A stretch of DNA of 64,000 nt from Mobula hypostoma (lineage: Eukaryota), in assembly GCF_963921235.1 (NCBI RefSeq), contig NC_086097.1, positions 61,072,001 to 61,136,000 of the forward strand, read 5' to 3'. Of this stretch, positions 1 to 12,399 are shown in pieces (position 1 is the first letter of the stretch; every line of letters begins with the position of its first letter). Below the pieces are notes generated by a model. That model ran no database searches, had not been told where the DNA came from, and saw only the letters and a program-made list of their open reading frames with translations. The translations under genes were made by a program, and so were the position numbers.

Positions 1-125
1 CAAAAAAATAAAATTAAGTAAGTAGTACAACAAGAGAGGAAATAAAAAGTCAGGAAGAGTTCATGGATTCATTGTCTATTTAGAAATCTGATTGCGGAAG
101 GGAAGAAGCTGCTCCTTAAACATAG

Positions 126-126
<1 letters not shown>

Positions 127-158
<32 letters not shown>
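127..158. repeat. (TG)16 microsatellite
   Basis: Direct read of the sequence. Confidence 0.95.
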
Positions 159-160
<2 letters not shown>

Positions 161-1061
161 CAGGCTCCTGTACCTCCTCCTTGACAGTAGCAATGAGAAG
201 AGGGCATGACCTGGATAATGGGGATCCTTAACGCTGGATGGTGCCTTTTTCAGGTAACACCTTCTGAAGGTCCTCAATGCTGGGGATGCTAGTGCCCATG
301 ATGGAGCTGGCTGAGTTTACAGCTTTCTGCAGGTTTTTGTGATCCTGTGCAGTGGCTCCTGACAGTAATACAATCAGGTAGAATGCTCTCCACTGTATGC
401 CAGCAGAAATTTGTGCATGTTCTTTGTGACATACCAAGTCTCCTCAAACTCCTAATGAAATATGGTCTCTGACATGCCTTTTTTTTGTAATTGCATCAAT
501 ATGTAGGGCCCAGGATGGATTTTCAATGACATTGACACCAAGGAGTTTGATCAACACACACAGTATCTGCAGATTTCCAACATCTACAGATTTTCTCTTG
601 TTTGTTCCAAGGAACTTGAAATTGATCACCATTTCCATTGCTGATCCCTCAGTGAAGATTGGTGTGTGTCCCTTTGAATTCCCTTCCTAAAGTTCACAAT
701 CAATTTCTTGGTCTTACTGACATAGAGTGCATGGTTGTTGTTCTGACACTACACAACCAGCTGATCTATATCCCTCCTGTAAGCCTCCTCGTCACCACCT
801 GAAATTCTGCCAACAACAACTGTGTCATCAGCAATTTCATTCATGTAGCTTGAGGTTTGCATGGCCACACAGTCGTGGATGTAGAGAGAGTAGAACAGTG
901 GGCTAAACACACTTCCTTCAGGTGTGTCAATGTTGATTGCCAGTGAGGAGGAGATGTTATTTCCAATCTGCACAGATTGTGGTCTCCTGATGAGTAAATC
1001 AAGGATGCAGTTGCAGAGGAAGGTACAGAGGCCCAGCTTTTGGAGCTTGTTGATTAATACT

Positions 1062-1436
1062 TGTAGGGCTCTCAGTATACTAGGTGGACTGTTAACAGTT
1101 AATCGCTTATTACCAAAATGGCTTCTCTGAAGTGTTATATTAAAATGCTTTCTCGTAATGTTCACCGCTGAGCAAGGGGTTCTCTGTAACTGCAATGTTT
1201 GGGTTATACAGGGAGATAATGGAAATTGTATTCATTTGTTAGCCAATAGAAGTCATGTTCTGTTATCTTGTATACGTGTGCTGAGTTGAGGAGCGGGGGC
1301 TTTTTTGGGAGGTGAGCAGAGAGGACGGACGTGTGAGGAATGGACGGTGGTTCCCGGGTGGCGGACACCGGGCCTCAGGGGTTCGGATGGTGGACGGAGT
1401 CTGGGAAGGATGTTGTGGATGGAATCGGAGGTGTGA
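1062..1436 (+). mobile_element. Truncated LTR-like insertion inside the Rex1/Babar copy
   Basis: Non-LINE sequence starting with TGT right after the Rex codons VLINKL. Contains a CCAAT motif and becomes GC-rich. No closing CA or TSD, and adjacent Rex sequence is deleted. Confidence 0.5.
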
Positions 1437-1652
1437 GCAGCCTGACATAGGTATTACTATTGTCCAGGTGATCCAAGGCTTAGTGAAGAGATAATAAGAT
1501 TGCATCTGCTGTAGACCTATTGTGGCAAAAGGCAAATTGCAGTGGGTCTAGGTATCTGCTTAGGCAGGAGTTGATTTTAGCCATGACCAAGATCTCAAAG
1601 TATTTTATCACTGTAGATGTGAGTGCCAATGGGAGATAGTCATTGAGACAGT

Positions 1653-2500
1653 TGTTACATACCCCGTAACTGGGTTGCCAAACCAGCAGAAATGGATCAC
1701 TCAGTTGGAGTCTGGATTACTGGAACTAAGAAAGTTTTATTAAAGAAACAAACAACACAGTACTCTAATCAAAAGGATAATGAATGCAACAGTTCAGCAA
1801 TGATAAACATACATGTACACAGAATTAAGATAACAGGATCAATCAAGCTCTATCGCTGTCTAGGGGTAAATGACCAGTTTCAAAGTGACGCAAAGTTCAG
1901 TTCAATTTAGTTCAGTTCAGTTCGCAGTAATCGCTGCCGTGGCGATGGACAGTGGGGGGAAGGAGAGAGAGAGCAAAACGAATGAATATTAAAGGCTTCC
2001 ACACAGACCTTCGCAGTCAGCTTTCGGGCGAGTCCTTTGTGACGTCATCTGAGGTCACCGACCGTGACCCCTCCGTTTCCAGATACGATCGTTTCCCTGC
2101 GGTGAACCTGGCACCCAGGCAAGGGTGGACACACACCAGGTTCCCGCCGATCATGCCTTTCCACCCTGTGCGTCTATGGCCCGATACTTCCCACCGACTT
2201 GTGAGAGACGCAGCGCTTCCAGGGTCTCGTTACCTCGGGTGTCGTGGTGTCCTGCCTTAGCGAACCTGTCCCTTTTTATCCCCCTGCTGGGGAATCGCCT
2301 GTCCATCACTTCAAACAGTTCAGGGTTCAAAGGGGGAGCCGATCTTGACAGCTCTCCTTCCTTCATTAACATCTCCAAATGCTGCTCCATTGTTTTTCTT
2401 ATCTCTCTCTCTCCTGAAGACAGGTGGCAGACCAACTGCTGATTCCACTGGTGCCAGCCCAGGCCAGCTACATCTTAATCTATGTGTATTCTTAGTCACA
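1653..2500 (-). mobile_element. Solo LTR (Gypsy-like, 848 bp)
   Basis: TGTTAC...GTCACA termini. 4-bp TSD CAGT at 1649-1652 and 2501-2504. Removing it restores the Rex reading frame. Minus-strand AATAAA at 1736-1741. Confidence 0.9.
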
Positions 2501-2789
2501 CAGTTCACCCTGCTCTTCTTGGGCACTGGTATAATTGTTGACGCAGGTGGGTACCTCTAGCTGCAGCAGTGAGAATTGTGGATGTCCATGAACAGTCCCA
2601 CCAGATGGTTGGCACAAGTTTTCAGTATCCTATCAGGTACACCATCAGGACCTGGCAACTTGCAAGGGTTCACCATCGTGAAAGATGTTCTGACGTCGGC
2701 TTTCAGGATAGAGATCACAGAACATTAACTTCCAGTCATCTCTGTTCAAAAACACCCAACTCCCTCCGAATACCAAAATTTTTCATATA

Positions 2790-2919
2790 CAAGAGAAAAT
2801 CTGTAGATGCTGGAAATCTGAGCAACACACACAAAATGCTGGAGAAACTCAGAAGGCCAGGAAGCATCTAGGAACAGAGAAAACAGTTGACATTTCAGGC
2901 TAAAACCCTTCAGCAGGAC
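2790..2919 (-). mobile_element. Penelope-type terminal repeat remnant, left arm of an inverted pair split by the L1
   Basis: aacacacacaaaatgctggagaaactcag...gcatctaggaa is the inverted counterpart of 8704-8787. Carries a degenerate hammerhead-like core on the minus strand (CTGCTGA-AGGG..CCT-GAAATGTC). Confidence 0.7.
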
Positions 2920-3237
2920 GGGTTTCAGCTTTCTTTTTTCTTTTCAAATCTTTTTATTGTATATATAGGAAAAATAACATGAGTACATCGAAGTAACAAC
3001 ACTTACAATGTCTCAAAAAAAACCATCATCTTAAAGACTGAAAACAAAATTTTGTGATAACAAACAAAAACCTACAGAGCAGAAAAGTGAGAGAAAAAAA
3101 AGAGAACCCATTAGGCGTACAACCCCGGAGTCATGCGTCATAGAAAAAAAGCTTCTGAAAATAAACATCAAACCGCCAGCAAGAAAAGAAAATATACTAC
3201 AAAAATTTACAATTAGATTGTGGAAAAATTATATCAA

Positions 3238-6200
3238 TTAACTCAAATGATAATAATGAGCAAATGAGCCCCATCTTTTCTCAAAATCTAATAAAGGTTC
3301 AAAGGTTCGACTTTTAATTTTCTCCAAACTAAGACATAGCATCACGTGAGAGAACCATTGTGACAAAGTGGGACCAGATGTATCCTTCCACTTCAACAAA
3401 ATGGCCCTCCTAGCTATCAATGTAACAAATGCAATAACATGTTGGTCAGACGCAGAAATACCATGAATATTTTGAGGAACTATTCCAAAAAGCACAGTTA
3501 ATTTATTAGGTTGTAAATTAATTTTAAGTGCTTTAGAAATTGTTGAGAAAACCGACTTCCAGAACTGTTCCAATATAGAACAAGACCAAAACATATGTGT
3601 CAGTGTAGCTATCTCAGTTTTACATCTATCACAATGACTATCAACATTAGGAAAGATTTTAGAAAATCTCTCCTTTGTCAAATGATAACGATGTACTATT
3701 TTAAATTGAATCAATGAATGGCTAGCACAAATTGAAGAAGAGTTAACCAACTTCAATATCCGCATCCAATCCTCCGTCATAAAATTCAAATTAAGTTCCT
3801 TTTCCCAATCCTGTTTAATCTTAGACAAAGGACGCTTATCCCATTGTAATAGTAAATTATAAATTCTTCCAATAGAACCCTTAATCAAAGGATTCATACT
3901 CATAATAGTATCTAATAGGTCAGCCTCCAATATGTAAGAGAAATTACTTAAATATTTTTGTAAAAAATGGCTAACTTGAAGGTATTGCAGAAAGTGTCAG
4001 TATGAAAGAGAATATTTATCAATTAATTGTTCAAAGGACATCAATCTATCTTCTTTAAATAAATCCAAAAAAGAATTAATACCTTTATTTTTCCAAAGTA
4101 GAAAAATCGGATCACTCAAAGAAGGCTTAAAAAAGTAATTTCGGTAAATTAAACTACGAAATTTAAATTTTTTAAGATTAAAAAAATTGCGGAACTGGAG
4201 CCAAATTTGTAAAGAATACTTAATCACAGGATATAGGTTTAAATTAACAACTTTACCTAATTGCATAGGTAAAGGAGCCCTCAATAACAAGGTTAAATAA
4301 AACTGTTTTACAACTTTTAGTTCCAGGTCTACCAAATTGGCCGATCACCCTTATCAACCCAGTATAACCAAAAAGACATATATCGCAGATTAACAGCCCA
4401 ATAATACATTCTAAAATTAGGCAAAGCAAGACCTCCATCCTTTTTCAATTTTTGTAAATGGTATTTACTAATTCTTGGTCTTTTATTATTCCAAATAAAA
4501 GATAAGATAATAGAATCAATCCGATCAAAAAACTTCCTAGTCCAAAAAAAAGGAATATTCTGAAATAAATATGAGAATTTTGGTAGAATCATCATTTTAA
4601 CTATACGAATACGGCCAACAAGTGAAAATGTAAGTGGACTCCATCTACTAAATAAATACTTCATAGAGTCTACTAAGGGAACAAAATTAGCTTTATAAAG
4701 ATCCTTACATTTTTTAGTAATTATAGTACCTAAATATCTAAAAGAGTCTGAAACTTTAAAAGGAGTATTATCATATATAGAAACAGAATCATTTAAAGGA
4801 AACAATTCACCTTTACTAAAATTAATTTTATATCCTGAAAAACCTCCAAATTAATTAAATAATTTTAACAGGGCAGGAATGGATTCTTAAGGTTAGATAT
4901 ATAAACCAATAAATCATCAGCATAAAGAGAGACCTTATGCATGGTCTCATTCACAAAGATCCCATGGATATTTTGAGCCTCACAAAGAGCAATAGCAAGG
5001 GGTTCTAATATTAAATTAAACAACAAAGGACTTAATGGACAGCCTTGCCTTGTCCCCCGTGAAAGCTGAAAAAAAGGAGACCTACAATTGTTAGTAACAA
5101 CAGTAGCAATAGGGGCTTTATATATCATTTTAATCCAATTATTAAAATTAACACCAAAGCCAAATTTCTCTAAAACATTGAATAAATATTTCCATTAGAC
5201 TCGGTCGAACGCTTTATCAGCATCCAAAGATAGAACACGTTGTGGAATTTTAGAAGAGGATGAATATATAATGTTAAGTAGTCTCCAAACATTTGAAAAG
5301 GAATAGCGACCCTTTATAAAGCCTGTTTGATCTTTACAAATAATTTTACCCAACACATTCTCCAACCGATTGGCCGTTATCTTTGACAAAATCTTAGCGT
5401 CAACATTCAGTAATGAAATAGGTCTATATGAAGCACAGTCAGTAGGATCTTTATCTTTTTTAAGAATTAAAGAAATAGATGCCTCATAAAAAGTAGAGGG
5501 TAAGTCACCTTTCGAAAAGAATCCTTAAACATTTCCAACATATACGGAGGGAGTAACTTTTCAAATTTTTTATAAAATTCTACGGGATAGCCATCAAGTC
5601 CTGGGGACTTACCAGATTGCATTGAAAAATAGCTTTATGAATTTCGGCTTCAGTAATTTGAGCATCAAGAATCTTTTGATCCTCAGCCGAGATTTTAGGA
5701 AAAACAATCTTTTATAAAAAAGCATTCATTTTAGAGGAATCTAACGGACATTGAGATTTATATAGCTCAGCATAAAAGTATTGAAAAATCTTATTAATTT
5801 CCTCATATTCCTGAGCTAAGGTACCATGTTTCCTATGAACTTTCATGATTTGCCTTTTGGCTGCAGCCATTTTTAATTGAGATGCAAGCAGTTTATTATT
5901 TTTATCTCCAGACATATAAAATTGGCTCTTTAACTTAAGCAAATAACCTTCAATGGGATGAGTTAATAACAGGTTATATTGTGATTGAAGTTCCACCCTT
6001 TGTTTAAATAAATCAGTATTGGGGGAAATTGCATAAATATTATCTAAATCTTTAACTTGTTTTGAAATTCTATCTAATTCTGCTTTAGTTTGTTTTTTAA
6101 GCTTAGCTGAATAAGAAATAATCTGACCGCGTAAAAATGCTTTAAATGTATCCCATATAACTAATTTAGACATACCCCCTATATCATTAAAAAGAAAAAA

Positions 6201-7013
6201 ATCTTTTATCTGGGTTTCAATGAAAGTGATAAAGTCAGAGTTTTGCAATAATGTCTGAGACATTCGCCAAGGTGGGCGGGCAAGAGTGACATCATCAAAT
6301 TCAAAAGACAAACTCAGAGGCGCACGATCAGATATAGCAATAGCATCATATTCGCAGGTTTTAACACTAGGCAAGAAGCAGGGATGGATTATAATATAAT
6401 CGATCCTTGAATATTTTTTATAAACGTGTGAGAAGAAAGAATATTCTCTATTGTCGGGATTAAGATACCTCCACAAATCAATCAACCCAAAATCAATCAA
6501 AAAGGAATTAATAAATGAAGCGGATCGATTTGGAAGTCACTGATTGGTTGAGCTCTTATCAATCATAGGATTTAAACAACAATTAAAATCCCCACCTATT
6601 ATGAGCATATATTCATTTAAGTCAGGCAGTAAAGCGAATACCTTTTTAAAAAAAAGAAGGATCATCTAAGTTATGACCATACAAATTAACCAAAACAACT
6701 TTTCTGTTACAGATTGTTCCTTTGACAATTAAAAATCTACTATTAGAATCTGATTCAATATCCTCTTGAATAAATATATTAGGTTTAATGAAAATAGACA
6801 CGCCTTTTGTTTTACTCTGAGAAGTAGAGTGGAATTGCAAACCATTCCACCATCTAAAAAATCTATTTTGATCTCCCGCCCTGATATGTGTCTCTTATGC
6901 AAAAATTATATCAGGTTGGAATCGATTAATAATTTAAAAAGTCTTCTTTTGTTTAATAGGATGATTCCAACCACGTACATTCAAACTTACTATATTAATC
7001 CGTTTGAACAACG
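3238..7013 (-). pseudogene. L1 ORF2 (APE endonuclease, RT, C-terminal cysteine motif) with multiple frameshifts and stops
   Basis: Motifs SLNVRG, YSRIDY, LSLDADKAFDRV, RGTRQGCPLSPLLF, LYADDLL, GGLALPN and CDRC...HMFWSC are spread over at least 7 ORF fragments. Confidence 0.92.
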
Positions 7014-7750
7014 TACTATAATTTCATTCTACTTTATACATGCACAGAGCATATACCAATGCAGGATGATCAAAGATGGCGGTGATGAAGAATACAACCA
7101 AATAAAAAACATGCATGCTCCGGAACCACCCAATGGGAAAAAACTAACTCTAAACCCACCCAACCACACCCAGAAACACAAAAAAGGCAAGCGATCTACG
7201 ATAGAATTCAAAGCTGCTGACTGCTCTGTCTATGTTTTCTTTCCCTGCCCCCAGTTCGTAAAAAAGTAGAGTGACCATGTGAAAAAGACAATAAAGTCTC
7301 AGGAAAAAAAGGTATTTACGTTCCATCGACGGATAAACAAGAAAGAACCAAAATAATGTTATCTCTTAGAGAGAAAAACCAGCGCCATGTTTAAGTTTAA
7401 TATTAATTCCCTAAAAAAGCTTTAAATTCAGTTATAAAATGTTATAATAGAACACAAAAATATATAAAAAGCCCTATTAGTAGGAAAAACTACCAATTAA
7501 CTACGAGGTATTAAATTAAAGGGACAAATCGCCTTATCTTCTTCCCTCAGTCATAAAATGTCCAGAGATCATTTGAGCAGAGATACTTAAACCATAAATC
7601 TTTCCAAAAGAAAACCAATAATATGCAATAAAGAACAACTCCCCGTGTTCCTTAATTAGTCTCTCGATGAAATATACAAGTGACCTTCATAAATCTCTTT
7701 TCCAAAATGCGAATAATATACAAATAGCCAAACAGCCTTTCAGAGATGGA

Positions 7751-8592
7751 TCATTCAACAGCGGTGTCAGTGACAGCGGCAGACAAAGCCTGAACAAAAT
7801 CCAGTGCAGCTTTTGGATCAAAAAAAGTATGAGGAGGAGAATTAGGAGGGAAAATTTTAAACCTTGTTGGATACCTCAAAGACGGGAAAAGATTCTTATC
7901 ATATGCTTGTTTCAATACCAGGGCAAATTTTGATCTTTGTTCCATTACTTCTCTTGGATAATCTTCGTAGAAGCGGAGCTCAGATTCCATAAATCTAAAA
8001 ACTCTCTGTTTCCTTGCCTGTCGTATTAATTGATCTTTAATTTTAAAGTGATGAAAGCAAACCAGAACAGATCTTGGTTTACTAGAGTCCTTCGATTTCG
8101 AGATAAACGCCCTGTGTGCCCTTTCTATAGCAGGCGGCTTTGATAGAATGGTAGGAAATAAAGTGTGGAAAAGCTTACCAAAGTAAGCTGTTAGATCTCC
8201 ATCTTCAGCTCCTTTCTGCAGCCCAACAATTCTTATATTCCTTCGTCGAGACCTTGTTTCCAGGTCTATAATCTTATTTTGATATCTTTCCAAACAAGTT
8301 GTAGCTTCAAAGAGCTTTTGCTCAGTTATCTTCAATTCCTCTTCGTGTGAGTTTCCAGCTCTTCAAGTTTTCCCAAAAATGACTTCATTTCATTACTATT
8401 CTTTTCCAGTTGGTCTTTAATTGATCCATTCTGATCCTTAATTGAATTCAGTGTCGGAATGATATCTTCAGCCCACGATGGCATTTCATCAGATCTTTCC
8501 TTTTGCACCTTTCCTTTCCCGTTACCTTTATCACTAGGTTCAGGTAAATTCTTCCCACTTCTTGTAGACATAGACATATTGATCACCCTCAA
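7751..8592 (-). pseudogene. L1 ORF1 (coiled coil and RRM), split by one frameshift near 8335
   Basis: DLETRSRRRNIRIVGL, IERAHRA, PRSVLV and LRFYEDY are typical vertebrate L1 ORF1p motifs. ORFs 8332-8592 and 7751-8335 abut. Confidence 0.9.
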
Positions 8593-8703
8593 GAATCAAC
8601 AAGTAAAAATTTTAAATTCAAAGCTTAAACTAGGGGGAAAGAAAGAAAACTAAGAGCAGCAGAAAAATACTGCTACTCCATTGGCAGACAGGGGCGGTCC
8701 CTT

Positions 8704-8787
8704 GGGTTTCAGCTTTAAACATTGACTGTACTCTTTTCCTAGATGCTGCCTGGCCTGCTGAGTTCCTCCAACATTCTGTGTGTGTTA
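8704..8787 (+). mobile_element. Penelope-type terminal repeat remnant, right arm of the inverted pair
   Basis: gactgtactcttttcctagatgctgcctggcctgctgagttcctccaacattctgtgtgtgtt is the reverse complement of about 2824-2890 and resembles 49216-49258 and 62504-62570. Confidence 0.7.
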
Positions 8788-9925
8788 CAAACATTTTTCA
8801 GTCTTTCACCATTAAAAAAAGTACTCCATTTTTCCACTCCATAACTGCTGTCGAATTGAAGATGTAGTTAAAAGTCAACCACAATTAGTAGTCTGGATTC
8901 ATATATTTTCCAGGCAGTAAATTTTGTTTCCTGAAATACATCAGTAAACCATGCTAAATAAGCCCATGGTTTCATGGTCACTATTACTGAATCTATTTTC
9001 TTTTCAATTCCAGACTAATTTGTTAGCTGGAATTTAAATCCCCACTGCTAAGGTATTCCATTTTATGTTTCTGGATCACTGAACTAGCCGTTAGGTCTAT
9101 AATTTAACAACTATACTACTAAATCTCAAACTAACATTGATAAAGTCCACTCCCTCATTTTTAGTGTTACGCACCTTCACCAGAGACAGATTCTTCTCCC
9201 ATCCCTACCATAAAATTCATTATCATCTTCTTTACTAAAAATATTTACCAGAATTTCCTACATTACAGGCTCCCCATCAATGCAAGTTACTGTTTGTATG
9301 CTTTATAATTCAGAACAAGTAGGAATCAAGGTAAGGTTAATACTTGGAATTCTACAGGAGATCCATTCAATGATCACATAACCAAAGTAAACCCCAGTGG
9401 CTAAGGCTCAGTCAAACCCAAAATGTTTGGTTTAGAAATGGAGCCTTAGCCTACAGGGTAGCAAATAGGACAAGCTAAATTAAACATAATGGTTGCAATG
9501 GAGACAAGCAGCTCACATGCTGATGAACATTGTGATGGAGCTGCAGATTTATAAAATAACAGCTAAAGTCTCTGGAAGCCATCGCTGTGTATGAGAAAAT
9601 ACTCTAACAACCATTACAAGGGTTTAGTATGGTAGAGGAAATAAATTTGGAAATAGCTCTGGGAAACGTATTGAGTGTGAAACTGATAATGAAAGGCTCC
9701 TGTTGTGTAAATTGTTTTTGTTGTCAGAAATTAAAGACTAGACAAAAATAGCACAAGCATGAGAACTTGCAAACACATCACCAAATTGGATTTTCCTGTA
9801 CGGTCTGTTGGAAAGGAATTTCATGAAAGGATTGTAACAGGACAACTCCAGTTTCAATATTCTAACACTGGTTCTGCACCATGCTGAAGACCCTTACCTA
9901 AAATGGACTGCAGAAATAGATAAAG

Positions 9926-10400
9926 TCCAAAGTCAAAGTCAAGGTAATTTTATTGTCAAAATACATACATGTTAACATATGCTAATTTCAGATTTATTTT
10001 CTTGCAGGCATTTTCAGGAAAATAAAGAAGTGCAATAGTATTTATGAAAAACTATACATATACTGTACCAAAACTGACAATCAATGTGCAAAAGAAGACA
10101 AATTATGCAAATAAACAATAAATAATACAAGAACATGAGTTGTAGAGTCCTTGAAAGTATACTGTAGGTTGTGGGATCAGTTCAAAGTTGAAGTAAGAGA
10201 AGTTATCCATATTCATTCAGGAGCCTGATGGTTGTCCGGTAATAACTGTTCCGGAACCTGGTGGTCTGGGATCTAAGGCTCCTGTACTTCCTGCCTGATG
10301 GTAGTAGCAAAAAGAGAGCTTGGCCTGGTTGATGTGGGCCCTTGATGATGGATTCTGTTTTCTTGTGATGGTGTTCCTTGTAATATGCTGAATGGTGGAG
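9926..10400 (-). mobile_element. Rex1/Babar 3' fragment
   Basis: Reverse strand encodes a decayed QPGQALFLLLPSGRKYRSL...RFRNSYY C-terminus, followed by the 3' UTR and a (CTTTGA)n-like tail shared with other copies here. Confidence 0.75.
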
Positions 10401-10788
10401 AGTGTATTAATCTGGCAGAAAGTAATTCTTTAAAACATTTTTAAACACTCATTCCAGTTGTATGTGATAAGATTATTTTTAATGCTCAGTGTTATGTTTT
10501 AATAAAGGCAAGGGGATAAAAAAACACAAAGAGTACATGTCTCTGGAGCTATCATTAAGCCAGCAAACATTTCTGGCTTTTGCACAGAATTAACTCTCCA
10601 AATTCAGCAATTAGAGTTGTTCCTTTTATTCAAGAAAACCTACTAGTAACTTTGATCTAAAATCAAACCAGACTTTATTTCTGAGCCTCTGCCTCTTTAC
10701 AAAGCAGTATAGAGAACTTTTTCAAGATGAGGTAAATTGCAGTTCAGGGAAGAAGTAACCATGTAGCACACGTACAAGTGTGACTTAC

Positions 10789-10863
10789 TGATGAAATGCA
10801 TGTATTGAACAAACAAGGTGCAATGAGAACACTTCGCCATTTGGGAATGTGGAAAAAGGGACC
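10789..10863 (-). CDS. Possible host exon (75 nt; phase 0 gives GPFFHIPKWRSVLIAPCLFNTCISS)
   Basis: Acceptor ttttgtgcag, donor CA|gtaagt, length a multiple of 3. All three frames are open and I recognise no homology. Confidence 0.25.
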
Positions 10864-11046
10864 CTGCACAAAACTCTAACGTAAAGCAAAATTCTAGTCA
10901 ATGTTGGTGATCACAGTGATAGGCTAATGCACCTGAATATGGCAGTGGATAGCATTGGTGAACACCAGCAAGGAGAGGTTACAGGTTAAACTTTGAACAA
11001 GCGAGGATGAGCAGACTAGAAAGATTCCAAAGTGAGTATTAAGGAC

Positions 11047-11343
11047 TGTTTATTTATTTATTTGTTTGTTTGTTTGTTTGTTTAGTGATACAATCATGGA
11101 ACAGCACTGCCTAGCCACCCACCTATCTATTACTAGCCTAATCACAGGACTATTTATCATGACCAATTAACCTACTAAGCAGTACACCTTGGGACTGTGG
11201 GAGAAAACAGGAGCACCCGGAGGAAACCTACATCATGGGGAGAATGTACAAATTGCATATAAATGGCTCTGGAATTGAACTCAAACTACGCAATGCCTAG
11301 AGCTGTAATGGCATTGCACTATTCGCTGTGCTACTGTGGCACT
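11047..11343 (-). mobile_element. tRNA-derived V-SINE (HE1-like)
   Basis: Minus strand has a tRNA-like head with a B-box-like GTTCAATTCC, the central V-domain-like tgtacattctcccc...ggtttcctccgggtgctcctgttttctcccacagtccc, and an (AAAC)n/(AAAT)n tail. Confidence 0.8.
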
Positions 11344-11379
11344 CAGTACAGTGGATGAGGACCAATGCAGTGTTTATAG

Positions 11380-11590
11380 GGGTGAAGACAGTAGACACAA
11401 GTACATCAGGATGGGAAAACCCCTGGGACTTCAGAAAGGTCTTTGAAAAGGTTCTGCATGGTAGGTTGTTCTTAAAAGTTAGGTACCGTGGAATCCAGGG
11501 ACCCATGTAGGATGGATTCAAAGTTGGCTCGGAGGCAAGAAGTAGAGGATGGTGTTTGAAGGTTTCTTGGAAGGGAGGCTAGTGACCAGC
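11380..11590 (+). mobile_element. Old CR1 RT fragment
   Basis: DFRKVFEKVLHGRL in ORF 11328-11510 is a decayed DFxKAFDKVPHxRL motif. Confidence 0.65.
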
Positions 11591-11704
11591 AGATAATGTG
11601 AACAGCTACCAAAAATAACAACATAAACGCTCAAAAACTTCATAACTCTAGCTGACTTGGAGAAGAGCAGCAATCACTTATGTACTACACTGGTAGGTAA
11701 ACTA

Positions 11705-12245
11705 CACTGAGTAGCCACTTTTTTTAGGTACACCTGTGCACCTGCTCATTAATGCAAATATCTAATCAGCCAATTACTTAGCAGCAACTCAATGCATAAA
11801 AGCATGCAAATATGGTCAAGAAGTCCAGTTATTGTTCAGATCAAACATCAGAATGGTGAAGAAAGTGTTTCTGACTTAGTGTTTTTGACCATGGAATAAG
11901 TTTTGGTGCCCTGCTGGATGGTTTGAGGATCTCAGAAGCTTCTCAATTCCAGCAACTTTCACACATAAGTCTAGAGTTTACAGAGAACGGTGAAAAAAAA
12001 TCAGTGAGCACCAATTCCGTGGGCAAAGTTGTTCTTTTAATGAGAGACCTCAGAGGAGAATGGTCAGAATGGAAGGCAACAGGAACTCAGGTAACTATGC
12101 GTTACAACAGTGGTGTGCAGAAGAGCAATTCTGAATGTACAAGTTGAACCATGAATACTTGGGCTACAACAGTAGTAATCTATCAATATACACTCAATGG
12201 CCTCTTTATTAGGTACAGGAGATACCTAATAAAGGGTCCACAGTG
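11705..12245 (+). mobile_element. Non-autonomous Tc1-like DNA transposon
   Basis: TA flanks (11703-11704, 12246-12247). TIR cactgagtagccact...taggtac pairs with tacctaataaagggtccacagtg. Decayed N-terminal transposase-like interior. An extra internal TIR copy at 12191-12217. Confidence 0.75.
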
Positions 12246-12399
12246 TATATGTACATTAACTTAGCAAAGTTGTGCAAAGGTTCTTGGATTGTTTTAATCC
12301 TGTACTGTCAGGAATTGTGCAGAGCAACATATTTGGAAATAGGGATCAGAAGTCAGGTGAGATTTTTGGTGAGTACATAGTCTTTCTGAAGATTGATGG

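Larger units (their letters stand above)
1..2720 (-). mobile_element. Decayed Rex1/Babar-type LINE (RT region and 3' end), interrupted by an LTR-like fragment and a solo LTR
   Basis: Minus-strand RT remnants: PVPKKSRVNCLND (reconstituted across the solo LTR), ALDHLDNSNTYVRL, and PEGSVFSPLFYSLYIHDC...IADDTVVVGRI (ORF 749-1195). Many frameshifts; boundaries approximate. Confidence 0.85.
2933..8703 (-). mobile_element. Full-length, inactivated L1-clade LINE (about 5.8 kb)
   Basis: Perfect 13-bp TSD GGGTTTCAGCTTT (2920-2932, 8704-8716). Minus-strand AATAAA (2953-2958) and A-rich tail. ORF1 and ORF2 remnants lie in the expected order. Confidence 0.95.

Noticed and set aside
1952..2560. Cluster of overlapping 70-105 aa ORFs
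   Set aside because: They lie in the GC-rich solo LTR or across its junction and show no recognisable domain.
6766..7269. 167-aa plus-strand ORF antisense to the L1
   Set aside because: It uses a non-ATG start, has no motifs, and spans the ORF2 start and spacer; probably a chance antisense frame.
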